Shown: positions 25,953 through 39,155 of the stretch, one piece after another
Position numbering within the stretch: position 1 is the stretch's first letter
Layout: each line of letters opens with the position of its first letter
Source: Octopus vulgaris
Lineage: Eukaryota
Reading direction: 5' to 3'
Length of the DNA stretch: 64,000 nucleotides
Assembly (NCBI GenBank): GCA_951406725.2
Contig: OX597832.1
Span: 12,400,001 to 12,464,000 of the forward strand
Translations under genes and position numbers: made by a program
Notes under the pieces: model-generated
Database searches by the model: none
What the model was told of the DNA's origin: nothing
The model's input: only the letters and a program-made list of their open reading frames with translations

Positions 25953-28900
25953 GTGGTAAAATTGACTGGTGTGAAGTGTTACTAGCAAGTAATTTTGAGA
26001 ACAGAGTCCCATCAAGAATAACCCAAATATTTGATGGTCTCTGATAAGCAAGTGTAGCTAAAGCCATTCCTATTTTCTTTTCAACAACCCTGAAATAACA
26101 TATCAGTGTGATTGAAATATCTGTTAATTAGCAATAATTCATTTTGAATCTATACATTATCCGATTACCATTTGTTTTCTAGGAAATGACCGTGTAGTTA
26201 AAGTTAGTTTAACTGCCAAGATATCTCTCCTTGATCGTATTTTCTAACAGTTTTGGACATGTATATGGTGCAGTTGATTGTGGTTGATAAATGCCTTGCG
26301 AGGTCGAACGATGAACTTGAATCACGTGGCCGTGAAATAAACTTCGTAACCGCACAACCAAACCCTCACCCAAGGCTGTCTTACACAATACGCAAATTCA
26401 AAATGGAGAATGTGATCGTAAATATTGACGTACATATTGCTTTTTATAGTCGATAGATTGTTGCACGTTAGTTTTTGAAATCATTGATCAAAATATGATG
26501 AATTATTGGCAATAATTCTATTCTACTTAAGAGCGAAAAGTATCTCGTATATAAAAGTAACACAGAAAAGATATATTTTCAATGAATAATATACTAACCT
26601 TAGGTTCACCCTACACACGTGCATTGTTTCATATTTAGTAACTAATTAACACGTTAATTCATTACATTCCGAACAATCAACAATTCAGTCGATTTCAACT
26701 AAGTATATACCAGTATTATATTTTACTTTATGACTTGTTTCTTTCACGTTTCGTTTTTTTTTTTTTGTATTTTTGCTTCTTTTTTTTTTCCTTTCATTGT
26801 TCAGTTGATAATTTTCAAGCCTTTTGTCTTTTGATAATCCACTAGCCTTTTATCTTTTCAATGTAATTGGAATGAAAAATCGTTACTCCCCAATTATCAA
26901 TTTATAAGTCTGTACAATCTTTCAGATATTTGTGCACAAATATTAATTTTGTTTTGTTTCTTTGATTTCGGCTGTATGAAGGTTGACAGGGTTATTGATT
27001 TAGGAAATCAACAGGAAATCAATAGCTTTTGTTCTTTGATAAAATAAATTATAAGTTACTGTTATCAAGTTATAATTTTGTATCAACCTTACCTTCAGAT
27101 TTTCTAAGCGAAATGTAACCAACCAGCTTCTGCGGAATTCCCTTATTTTTGTAAAGAATGTTAAAACTTCAACTCGTATCAAAGCCGATAAGTTGTAATG
27201 GAAAGTGAAGGCATGACGAGCAAGAGGTGTTATTAGTTGTAGAATAGATAATTAAAGATATTCTGGAATTGCTGCCATGGGATTATATTAATAGCAAGTC
27301 AAACCTGAGCCAGTCATGCATGAGAGTTGCCAGTGATACTTCATTTCACGAGGAGGGTTCCCTAATGAGATGAAATATATCTAATTTACATACACAATGA
27401 ACGAGTTGATCGAGCAACGCCATAATTTCCGCTATGAAATCGTACGAGGCGACAGAGAATACGCTTGCGTGATGAATATTTTTATCGCTGAGAAATTCAA
27501 GGAATTTTCTTTATATGAAAGTTAACTGATATACGTATTAAATGGCAATGACGTCTGCAATGGATTCCTAAAGATGACAGGCACGAAGATTTTTCGAAAA
27601 TTAACTCAGTTTATCTCTTCTTTGCATTTATCTGCAGTACGTTTATGCTATGTATTCAGTTTTAGGACGCATATACATTTATTCTGATATAGTTTTGTAC
27701 ATGGATTTCCATGTGAAGGAAAATTCGATTTCACGGCTCCATAAGCAAGGATTTACACTTCAATATTCTGTGAGCACCTTTGTGCTAACGCGTGTCTTTT
27801 GATAATCCAAAAGCCTTTATATACTTCCAATGTAATTGCAATGGAAAACCACGAAGCATTTTCCAATTATCATTTTTTTAAAGATTGAAGTACCTCATTG
27901 CTCTCTGGCATTCATAGTTTCTGTTTTTTCATACTCGCTGGTGGAACTATTTCAGAGCTCTGAAGAGATCTAAGGCCTGACTACAGAACCTCAACAAATC
28001 AGAAGGGAGATTTTAATGCCAGAAAAATATTTAGAAGTATTCAACTGCTTATAACTAAAGAAATGTGGTGACAAGTGATGTTTTTTAGTTCACCTCTCAG
28101 TTTTCATTTTGGTGCTATTGCCAGAAAATGATTAAATAGATTGCTTTGGATTATCTATACGAGAAGATACGAACTATTGAAAAAGAATGCTTGTGTATTA
28201 TTGGTATAATGGAGGCAACATGCAGGAATGCGTAAAGAATTTCGTTTCTCGATCATCATATCTCAGTTTCGATTTTACACAGTACGCTTTCTTGAATGTC
28301 TGTAATTTACCGTAGTCTCTGGTCGATCAGACATTGTAAATAACAGAGACAGAAAACGAGGAAAGCCTTTCAGATGGATCTATCTGTATTTCACTTTTCC
28401 AGGCTGGTTCTGCTTGGGATGATATACTAAGAGCACAACTGTCACTTGAATATTTGATCACTTACATGCTAACTTAAGAATGTAGTTCAGCTAATCAAAC
28501 AACTTAATATTCACTGTGAAACCGACGGAGCTCCTTCACGAATGGTATGGAGTTCTGTTACTAATTTCTTAAACAATCAATATAAATTTTGAAATGACTG
28601 TAGAAGAGCTAAACTGAATAATGCACAAACATAAAACGGGAACTAATGCTCAGTTTCTGGTCTCTTTCGTAATTATATAAATATCCACAATTTCTGTAAC
28701 GCATGTTTTCGTGGTTGAAATTTTTGTTGATGGATGTAACATTAGTCCTGTCCCAAATTATTTCACAGATTCCCACCCATCTTATTTAATCTCCCACTCA
28801 TAGTGCAACTAGGATTAGAACGTCATGTGTCATATTTCTGAATCCCTAAGCTGCCTTTGCATTCGTGTAAGATTTGGCTTCTATTTCTTGCACATCTAAA

Positions 28901-30232
28901 GATTCTGATGACGCTCCAAAAGTCCAAATGTGCAAGTTTCTAAAATGAAAATCGGGATTCGCACTCAAATTTCTGTTTTACAATATACCTACTTGACATT
29001 TGTTACTGAACCTCTTCAAAATAAGAACAAAAAGGCCTTCAAGTACATTCTTATTGTTTCAAACAAAAGAATGAAAAAATATGTAACGATAAACTGGGCA
29101 ATGCAATCATATTAGGCCACTTGTAATGAAAACGGCTTTATCACATGTTGGTGAAGAGCAGGTTCAAAATAATAAATGATGTAGAGCTGGTCTGGAGCTA
29201 ACAACCACCACGACCACCACAAACCAGAACAGCAATGGCAACTACTACTACTACTACTACTACTATGTATGTATGCATGTATATATATATATAGAGAGAG
29301 AGTGTATGTGTGAGAGAGAGAGAGATAGACAGAGAAAGCGAGGGAGATGCCACATTATGTCAAGCGCTTGGTTGTAACGCAATTTATCACTGATCAGGCA
29401 CTGATGGCAACAGAAACTACGTAAACTACTACCGCAATAACTACAACTACTATCACTCCTGGACCCCATCTTTATCCTCCATTTCTTCTTCCTATTCTTC
29501 TTCTTCCCCCATCCTCCTCCTCTTCTTCCTTTTCTTCCATCTTCTCTCACTATTATCATTATCGTCACCATCATCATCATCATCACCATTATCACGACGA
29601 ACAATATAAACTATAAGTCATAGAGAATTTTCGATTCATTTAAACTGGAACAAAACATACGCTCTTTTATAACATTTCCGACTGAATGACCATAGTGGAT
29701 TAATCAACATGAGAGAGAAATATCATAGTGCTTTTAACAATATGTGTGTGTGCTTATTTGCATTCAAAACGAAAATCTGGGTCCTTTTCTAAAGTCTAAG
29801 TTCATTCCTCGTATTTCTTAATTCTTAATGAACAATTGAGTAATACACTAAGCACAAACAATCGGCTCCTTATTTCTTCAATACACTCGACTTTATTTGT
29901 TAAAACCACCACAAGAGAATTGATTGAAAATTCTCCAGGAAACTAAATGGCATTGACACTTGATTTCCTGGAGAATTTTATTGTTTGATAAGATGAAATT
30001 TGAAACTGGAGTTAATATCATATTGTTATGATACTTTCGCAAGGATAGTGAAATGGACAAAATGCCAAAATCGTGAAACTATAGTTACAAGATCTTTTGG
30101 AAATAACCCAACGTTTATTTTCTCAGTAATAATTACAAAAGATTCAATCCGCGAGATCTATGAAATTGATGGTTCCTGAATTTTCATGATATATAATATA
30201 ATATAATATAATATAATATAATACAATATATC

Positions 30233-30307
<75 letters not shown>

Positions 30308-32367
30308 TCTTTTCAAAATAGCTATGGCGTTTCCGCAGGTTCATTCTAGCGAAGAAGGAATAATTTTGAATGCGACATTGCTAATTCCTGCTTGTGTAGG
30401 TCCAAGAACAGCTACATGTAGCGAAATAATATGTATGAAAACGTAAAACACGCGTGCGTATACATATGTACGACTAAACATACTTTTTTTCTCGGTTTTT
30501 GCTTTCAGAAGCATTAAATATGTATCGTATCATAACGCTTCAAAAAAAGAAAATAAAAGAGAAAAAAATAATGAAAGTTTGTTTCAATATGTTGTATTTG
30601 AAAAGAAGCTGCGTATGTAGTGCTTAAATTTGGTAGGCGTTTGTTCTAAGCAGATTGTTTAGTTTATTCTATAGAGCACTCAGTCGGTATCTGGGAGGTG
30701 TGGGTTCGAGTTCAATGGCTGTCTGCTGATGACTTTTCCCGTCATATAAGTGTAAATAATCCAAATATTTTTGCTGTTTTCACGGTTATACTGCATTCAA
30801 AATATTACTTCCTTGTTTGCATGATACGATACATACACACATATATAAAGTTGCACGCAGACTCGCTCTCTCAGGAAGAATCCGAAAATTTTGGGGAGGA
30901 ATATTGATAGCAATCTAAATAATGAAGAATTGTGTGTGTCTCTGTTTAAATTGATCTAGTTCAAGACAAGAAAGCAGATATGCTAATTTTCGTTTTTCTT
31001 CAGCAATTTATAATGGATTTTGTACAGTTGCTTATACCGAAAATTAGTCTATTATTGGCAGTACTAATTTATTGACCTTCCCAAAACGATTTAAAGTAAA
31101 GACAGCCCCCGGTGGGACTCGAATTGAAAAATAAATAGATAAGAAGCAACACAACAAGATACATAACTGTCTGATTCCGCCGTTATGGACCCTCTGTGCC
31201 ATTGTAATTAAATGTAACGATTAGAGCCTTGATGAATATTCATACGATGTTAACAAATTCAAAACACGAGTATCGTATTTCTGGTCGAACTAAATACAAA
31301 CAGAGAAATTAGAATTTAAATTAAAGTTGAAAATATTGACGATAACAGACTCAGTGTCTGTGTTTGCTTACACACAGAATGTACTTTTTACAAATACACT
31401 ACATATGTTTTCTATTACTAACGAACATCCATGTTGGAGATATTTGTCAAATGCAAATTTAGCGTAATAAATTACACTGATATTAAAGGATCGATACGGA
31501 AAATGGCGTCACACCCAAACGAATTGTCTACTGTTCGTTTCACTTTTACTGAAGTTGTCCTTTCTTTGTCTCTGCTTCTGTCTCTGCCTCTGTATCTCCC
31601 CCTATCTGTCCTTCCCTTTCTTTATTTGTAACAAATATTACAAACAGAGGAATTTTTTGATACAAATTATTCAAATCGTTTCCTTCATCATTACGAATGA
31701 TGAAGGGAAGTATAATGAATCGGTCAGAACGAAGCTTTTATCAGAGTGAAAATAAATGTTTGCTCTCCAACAAACATATTTCCCAACACAATATCATACT
31801 TTCTCTCTTATTCACAGAATTAAACATATTCCAAATATTTAAAATATTTGAGGGCTTTTGATGGCATAGTTTTCTTAGATGTTTGTCTCCATCATCTATC
31901 AACAGATATTACTTACCAGTACACAGTATTTTATACTGAGAATATCTATTGTAAACAGTTGACGTGTTATTGCTGTAATTTTACCCCATAAGAAGCACGA
32001 TAAAGCCGATGTATGATGAAACAAGTTCTGTATTTCTAGGACCAAATCATCCAGTATCTCATTTCCGTTTTTAGATACCAGGATGTGATTTGATGAAAAT
32101 TTAAATGCAACGATGTAAATGCTCCTATGCTGACAAGTTACATGAGTATTTGAAAACTTTAGTCGATATTTCAAGTATTACGCTAGAAATGCATATAGGC
32201 CAAATAACGATAATCATTTGAATGATGAAACCTACACATTCAAAAGAATATAGACGTCCTAAGGAGCCATGCAACTGTAAACAGTAACAATAATACTTAT
32301 AGTATAGATGAATAACGCTACATTTATCCTTAACTGAGGAGCCTGTGACAATTCTCTATGCTTGTAA

Positions 32368-32782
32368 GGCGGCGATCTGGCAGAAGTGTTAGCACACCGG
32401 GCGAAATGATCTCTGGTATTTCGTCCGCCGCTGCATTCTGAGTTCAAATTCCGCCGAGGTCGACTTTGCCTTTCATCCTTTCGGAGTCGATTAAATAAGT
32501 ACCAGTTATGCACTGGGGTCGATATGATTGACTTAAGCCATTTGGCTGTCTTTGTTTGTCCCCTCTATATTTGGCCCCTTGTGGGTAGTAAAGAAATAGG
32601 TATTTCGTCTGCCGCTACGTTCTGAGTTCAAATTCCGCCGAGGTCGACTTTGCCTTTTAACCTTTCAGGGTCGATTAAATAAGTACCAGTTGCGCACTGG
32701 GGTCGATGTAATCGACTTAATCCGTTTGTCTGTCTTTGTTTGTCCCCTCTATATTTAGCCCTTTATGGGCAATAAAGAAATA
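32368..32782 (+). mobile_element. SINE family A, dimeric form with perfect 12-bp TSD CTCTATGCTTGT
   Basis: Same two-unit layout and same junction (AAAGAAATAGGTATTTCGTC) as 16113. TSD at 32354-32365 and 32783-32794. Confidence 0.93.
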
Positions 32783-34200
32783 CTCTATGCTTGTTAGTTG
32801 CATCCCATTCCGAGTTCCATTCCTGCTAAAGTTGATTTTAGCATTTATCTTTCCTCAATAGATAAATCTTAGCGTGTTACTTGTGAATATCAAAGACTGT
32901 ATTAAAATTTCAAATAAAGTAATCGCGGTTTCTCGTGGTGGATGGTCATGCTGCAAATAGTATCCCTATCTCCCATAAAACAAAGTTTCCTAGAAAGAAA
33001 TAAGGTAGCTATAATGCATACAGTAGTCGCATTTACGAACTCTTTGAAATAAAGGAAATACATGTGGTTTGAACAGCTTTGATGATAAGACTGCTTACTT
33101 AAAACCGAGATAGCTAATTTCGATCTATGTACCCGATGCTCTCCATATATCCTGTAAATTTAATAATAGTGGTGCCGAATTTCACTTGTACTAGCGTAAA
33201 CTATAGAAAACAATATTACGTTTGGTCTGAGAAGAAGCATAAAATGCATGTGATGAGAGGAGAATAAAACGTGTGAGCATGCAACTTTGCTAGCAGTTTC
33301 TTGTTCGTGCCGCCACACGCAATCTAAAGCTTTGCAGATGTCAACAGTATCAACGCATTAACTTCCAATTCGTAATGCAGACAGCATGGAGATCTCAGTT
33401 TATATGTCCTGGAGTGAAACAGAGAGTAGTAAACTTTTACTTGTACGTTACTTTCTTGAATAACTTAATAGTAATCGGCTTATCTCTTCAATGTTAACAC
33501 GTCGTATGTGATGATAACGGATCTTCATTTAACACTCTATTAATTGACTGTAAAGTGATCAAACCTATTTCAAATTACATCATTAACAGAACGAAAGAAA
33601 ATCATTTAAAATATAACTGAGAATATTCAAAGAACATTTCAGTATTTTCTTTTTAAATTACTATTAATTCACTACCGTAAATTTATCAATACTTTTCCTA
33701 TATCACGTCGTTTATCTTGCTGATTTTTCTTCAAAACCTTTCGTTCCGTGAATTTACCAACGTTTTTAGTTAAAGTATTCTTTACATATAGATATATTCT
33801 CCGCGTTTATTTCAATCTAAAGCACTATATTCACAACAACCATTCCTAACGCAATGCATGACTTCACACATTTAGGTAGGGAAAGTTATAACATCAATCC
33901 TGCGCACTTCATTTGTACTCAGAGAGAAGAATGAAAAGAACACATTGGCTTTCGAACCAGAAAACAACAATATAAATGAAAGGTTATTTATCAACAACTC
34001 TAGAGATTAAACCTGGCCACCAAACCTCAAGTTATTCATAAAAGGCGTTTAATACTTAAATTCAGTTATATTAGATACTTGTTTGTAAAATTGATACAAG
34101 CAGTTCACTCCTTCCATGAGGATATATATATATATGCATATAATCAAAATAAGCAACAAGGATATCCAAGGTAGTGTAGTACAATCGTTTCATGTTACTT

Positions 34201-34247
<47 letters not shown>

Positions 34248-34768
34248 CTACAATCATAGTGCCTAAAAGAATTACAATACATACGAATAACAAATTTTAG
34301 CACTGTCACAAGGTCACCAATATTGGGTGTGTGTATACTCCATATAAAAGATGAGCTTTTATTGCCTACGTGTGCCTGAATGTAAACAATGCAAGGGAAT
34401 TCAGTAAGAAGGTGCAATTTAATTTCCCTATACAAAATTCAGTATGTCCCTTTCAATGAACATAGTAATTCATTAACAGCAATAATAAATTTCTTTAAAT
34501 TATCATACCTCCGCAATCAATATCACTAAGAATATCTGCTTGGTTGTAATTTACATCCTCCATCACGAAGTAGTTTTAAAAACAAATAAAGAATTTATCG
34601 TACTCAGCAATCGTATCCTTTATGTGTAAGTAATTGCAAAGCAGACTACTAACCCCTTTTAGTGATTTTCTCGTAGTTACCTTTTAGTTATGTATATACA
34701 TATATGCATACATACCCATAAATATATGCATAGACATGCTCACTTACATGTCCTTACATGTATGTATG

Positions 34769-35036
34769 TGGCTCAGTTGTTAGGGTGTTGCTCTGACGAT
34801 CTAGTGATCGTGAGTTCGATTTCCGGACCGAGCGGCATGCTGAGTTCTTGAGCAAAACACATCATTTCGCGTAGCCCCAGTCCACTCAGCTGCGACAGAA
34901 TAGATTTCCAGTTAGGGGGACTGATATCTCTCTTACCTAGCCAGTGGGGTGGAATTCTTTCAACGCTGAAACAAAGCAAACCGCATTGTGACTAGCGATG
35001 TATATCAATATCCGCTAGTCTGGTCGATCACGTGAT
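34769..35036 (+). mobile_element. SINE with a family-D head and CORE-like region but a different 3' half
   Basis: TGGCTCAGTTGTTAGGG..GTGAGTTCGATTTCCGGACCG..TTCTTGAGCAAAACAC..CACTCAGCTG matches 23526. It diverges downstream. Confidence 0.75.
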
Positions 35037-36936
35037 CATGTACACACACACTCACTCACTCATGCATGCACATACACAAACTATCTCATACACACACAAA
35101 TACATACATGCTGCTGTTATAGGCACTTCTAGAAGAACACTACCAAAAATGAATTACAATAATGAAGTTTTGAAATGCTACCCAAGAATTTTTTTTTTAA
35201 ATCGTCGTTATTTCAATTCTCCATACTCATCGAATGGACATAAAATATCTCTTTGACTGTGTTTGTATTCTGTTTGACAGGCTCTATGTCCGTCAGTCTC
35301 TCTATGTCTATCTTTGCCGATCTGTCAGTCTTTCTGTCCGTCTCTCTGTTCGTGTCCTCCATCTCTCTTTAAAATCTTCGTGAAGGAATTTTTATTCCGA
35401 AATGTTATTGCTAATTAAATACTCCTAAGTTAACATTTCAGCCTCTTTGATACTGAAATTTTCATGTTTAATCTTCTTCCGGTATTGTTATCAATTTACA
35501 CAACACACTGATTTTCAACATTTCGCTTAATCCTTCAAACACTCTACTCTTTGTTAACTATTTATCTTTCGGTCTCACAGTATATTTGTCTATGTCTTTA
35601 TCTTTCTCTTCTTCACTGTCCATCATGCTTTCTACTTATCTGTGTATCAATATATGTGTTTGCGGGCACTTGCATCTGTGTATACGTTCATGATGTGTCC
35701 ATTCGTGTATATATTTATATCTGTATATGTAGGCTTTTGTGTATGTATATATATATGCCATAATGTAAATGTATTACAGTTTTTAACATTTGAAGTGAGT
35801 CCGGAAACTTTGTAAAACTTTATAAAGCTTTTACAAACACACAGAAATGTTCTATAATATCCCTGTACGTAATGTCGATTGTATATCTGTGTTAGAAAAT
35901 AAATCATGAAATAGAAGATAATATGGCAAGTAGAATTAAGACAATGGAAATGTGATGCCAATGTACTCAAGAGATGAATGTACATGTTGTGTTAGTCACT
36001 AATCTACTGATCACACGATTGATTTACTGTTGCTTCAGTAAAATCTTGCATTTCCTCCGAGAATACATCTAGCAACACGTTAAATGAGTACATGCAGAAT
36101 TTTAATAATTTTCAGGGAATACATATATCGATCGGTTTTCAAGTTACATTTACTCTTATGCTTTGCTATTAAGTCTAGCTTTTAAACTTTGGGATTAAAC
36201 CAGAAATAAATCTCCATTATTTACTTTTATGATAGGCAGTCAGCCAACTACTAATATATTTGAAAGCTCTGGCGAACGTACGCCAGATAAATAGATGACT
36301 TTGACATAAGAAGTTCTCTATCTGTGTCTTGGAATCGGTATTTCAGTAAACTTAAATCTACGTCTAAAAGAAAGTTAATAAAACAAAAATTAGAGACAAG
36401 TAATTATAAACATCGCAGTACAACGAGACAGAGATGAGGTTTCAATTCATTTTAATTGATATTATTAATGTCTTTTAGTGATGATGTGAAGAAATCTACA
36501 TTCTCCGCTTACAGTTTAAATCTTTCCTAATTCATTTATATAATTCATTTTATATTGCAATTTGTGAATAAAAGCAGTGTTAATTCTAAACTTCCAAGTG
36601 ACCAGTCTTTGGCTCACTGTCATTTTTATAGCAAAAAATCGAAGAGAATCGGCAGAAAACCAATGTCCTAAGGTATTTGTCGTTTAAGTGTCACAGCTCC
36701 GTGATATTTTGTGGTTTTAACACAACATTAGTATGAAATTTTCTTTCAGACGTAAACCGCAGCACCATATCTTTAAACGCAGTTTATACATTTAGGATGA
36801 CGAATAAATGTGGATTTTAATTCAGTTCCATTTCTGCACACGGGTTTTCACAGCTTGGCGAGCTATCACAATACCAAGCAATTCAGTATTCACTGTTACA
36901 TACATTCATACATAGATACATACACATATATATGTA

Positions 36937-36996
<60 letters not shown>

Positions 36997-37062
36997 CGTG
37001 TACATATATATATATTTCTATATATATATATATACATGCACTCGCAGAGGTACACAAACACG

Positions 37063-37098
<36 letters not shown>

Positions 37099-37127
37099 CA
37101 CATGGACTCACAGAGGTACACAAACAC

Positions 37128-37161
<34 letters not shown>

Positions 37162-37322
37162 TTATGTGTGTATGTATGTATATGCGCGTGTGTATATGTA
37201 TATAGGTATGTATAAACGCAGAAGCACTGGGAAAGGAAATAGTGAGTCGTCATTCGTTCCCTGAAGAATTTTATTTCTTTGCAGATATTTATGTTTACTG
37301 TGGTCGTTCGTATGTATGTATG

Positions 37323-37377
<55 letters not shown>

Positions 37378-37399
37378 ATATGTCTGCCTGCATGTGTAC

Positions 37400-37454
<55 letters not shown>

Positions 37455-38187
37455 ATTATATGAGTACATGTGTGTTCGAGATTTTGAGTATGCCTGTGTT
37501 TATAGTTACCGGCATCATATCTCTCAGATGGAAATGACGCGTAGTTTCTAATCTATAGCGAATCAGATCTGAAGAAGCATCTCCCTCAGCTTCAAATACA
37601 AAGAATAGAGAGAACATTACATCTACAAAGATGCGCGAATGATATAACGAGGCTTTCTAAAGCACCTATACGCTTCCAAGTGTTTCATTTATTTGGTTTT
37701 CCGTCATAATAGTGTTCCCTTCTGTACGTTGTAATCCTACCATACCATACCGAAGATTTCATTGTAAAATAAAGAGTATTTCTTAACGCATAAAGGATAG
37801 AAAGAAGAAAATGAAGAAGAAGTAGGGAGGAAGTATAATAATAATAATAATAATAATAAGAAGAAGAAGAAGAAGAACAAGAACAAGAAAATGCATGTTA
37901 TAACTTTTGTTGTCTTTTTTTTTTTCTCGTCACTCTTAAATTTATTATCACATTTTCGAAGCTCTAACCTATCAGTGCTTGCTCGCTATGTTGCCAAATT
38001 CTCTTTAGTAGAACTGCTTACGTCTTCAAAAGGAAAATATTCTGTTTGATTCAACTTTCTCATGTGTTATTTACGGCAGAATTATTATTATTATTATTAT
38101 TATTATTTATTATTATTATTTTAAATTTTTATCTTTTTTCGGCTTTGCTTGAAATAAAAGAGAAAATGTAGGTCACAGTAGAATAAT

Positions 38188-38235
<48 letters not shown>

Positions 38236-39048
38236 TATGTGCGGGTGTATACATGTACATGAACGTATGTTTGTATATACATATATATATATATATACAT
38301 ATATTTATATACACACATATATATACATATGTATATATATATATATGTGGGGAGGTGCATGTGCGTGTGTTTGTGTATATATACAAATATATATATTATT
38401 CTGTGTTCGAACCACAAATTAGAAATATCGTCCAACAATGAAAATCAAACATTCGTGTGATGTGCATTGGCATTAAACCCATAAAGGTTATAACGTTTAA
38501 CCTGTGAACTTCATTTTCCAAAAGAAAAAAAAAAAAGGGAATAAACGTACGTTAAAAATAAAAGGACGAATATTATAAAATATTATAAAAGGTATCGAAA
38601 TCAGTCATACCATAAAATATAGACATTAATTTCAACGCATGACATAGTCTACGAGACAAAGAAGCGTTATTTTCTACTACAACTTACAAAAGTCGTACGC
38701 ATTTGGCGCTGTTCCACTGTTGAATGAAGCTCGATAATGTGTATCGAGATATGCAATTCCTATCTTACTCACTAGGAATGTAATCTGAGCATAGCCAATA
38801 AAATTTAACGACAGATGTTCAAGACTCCAGGAAATATAAAACTTACAGGGCAGCAGTATATATTGCAACAGCTGGGTGAATTCTATGATTGACATACATT
38901 CTGTGAGCATTTTCCCCCCGTTTGTTATTGTTTATTGCTTTTATTGAAGATGAGGATGGTAATAGAACTGACCTTATTGCAGGGTGGCCATAGCTGGTAG
39001 ATAAAGTTTGTGGAATAACCCAGTCATCGACTGTTTCGGTTCGAATGA

Positions 39049-39155
39049 CTGCAAAAACACCAAAATCATTTTAAGTTTGGTGACGGCTTATTGCAACAGT
39101 TGAAAGTTCTCTGCAAAAACACCAAAATCGTCTTAAGCTTGGTGACGGCTCATTG
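39049..39155. repeat. Direct repeat of ~45 bp, period 62
   Basis: CTGCAAAAACACCAAAATC..TTAAG.TTGGTGACGGCT.ATTG at 39049 and 39111. Confidence 0.9.

Noticed and set aside
26251-26417. Isolated exon-like open segments (also + 40269-40427 and 40776-40838; - 31918-32127, 57789-57838 and 10564-10690)
   Set aside because: Plausible splice dinucleotides, but no recognisable protein and no consistent chain. Such segments are expected by chance in 64 kb.
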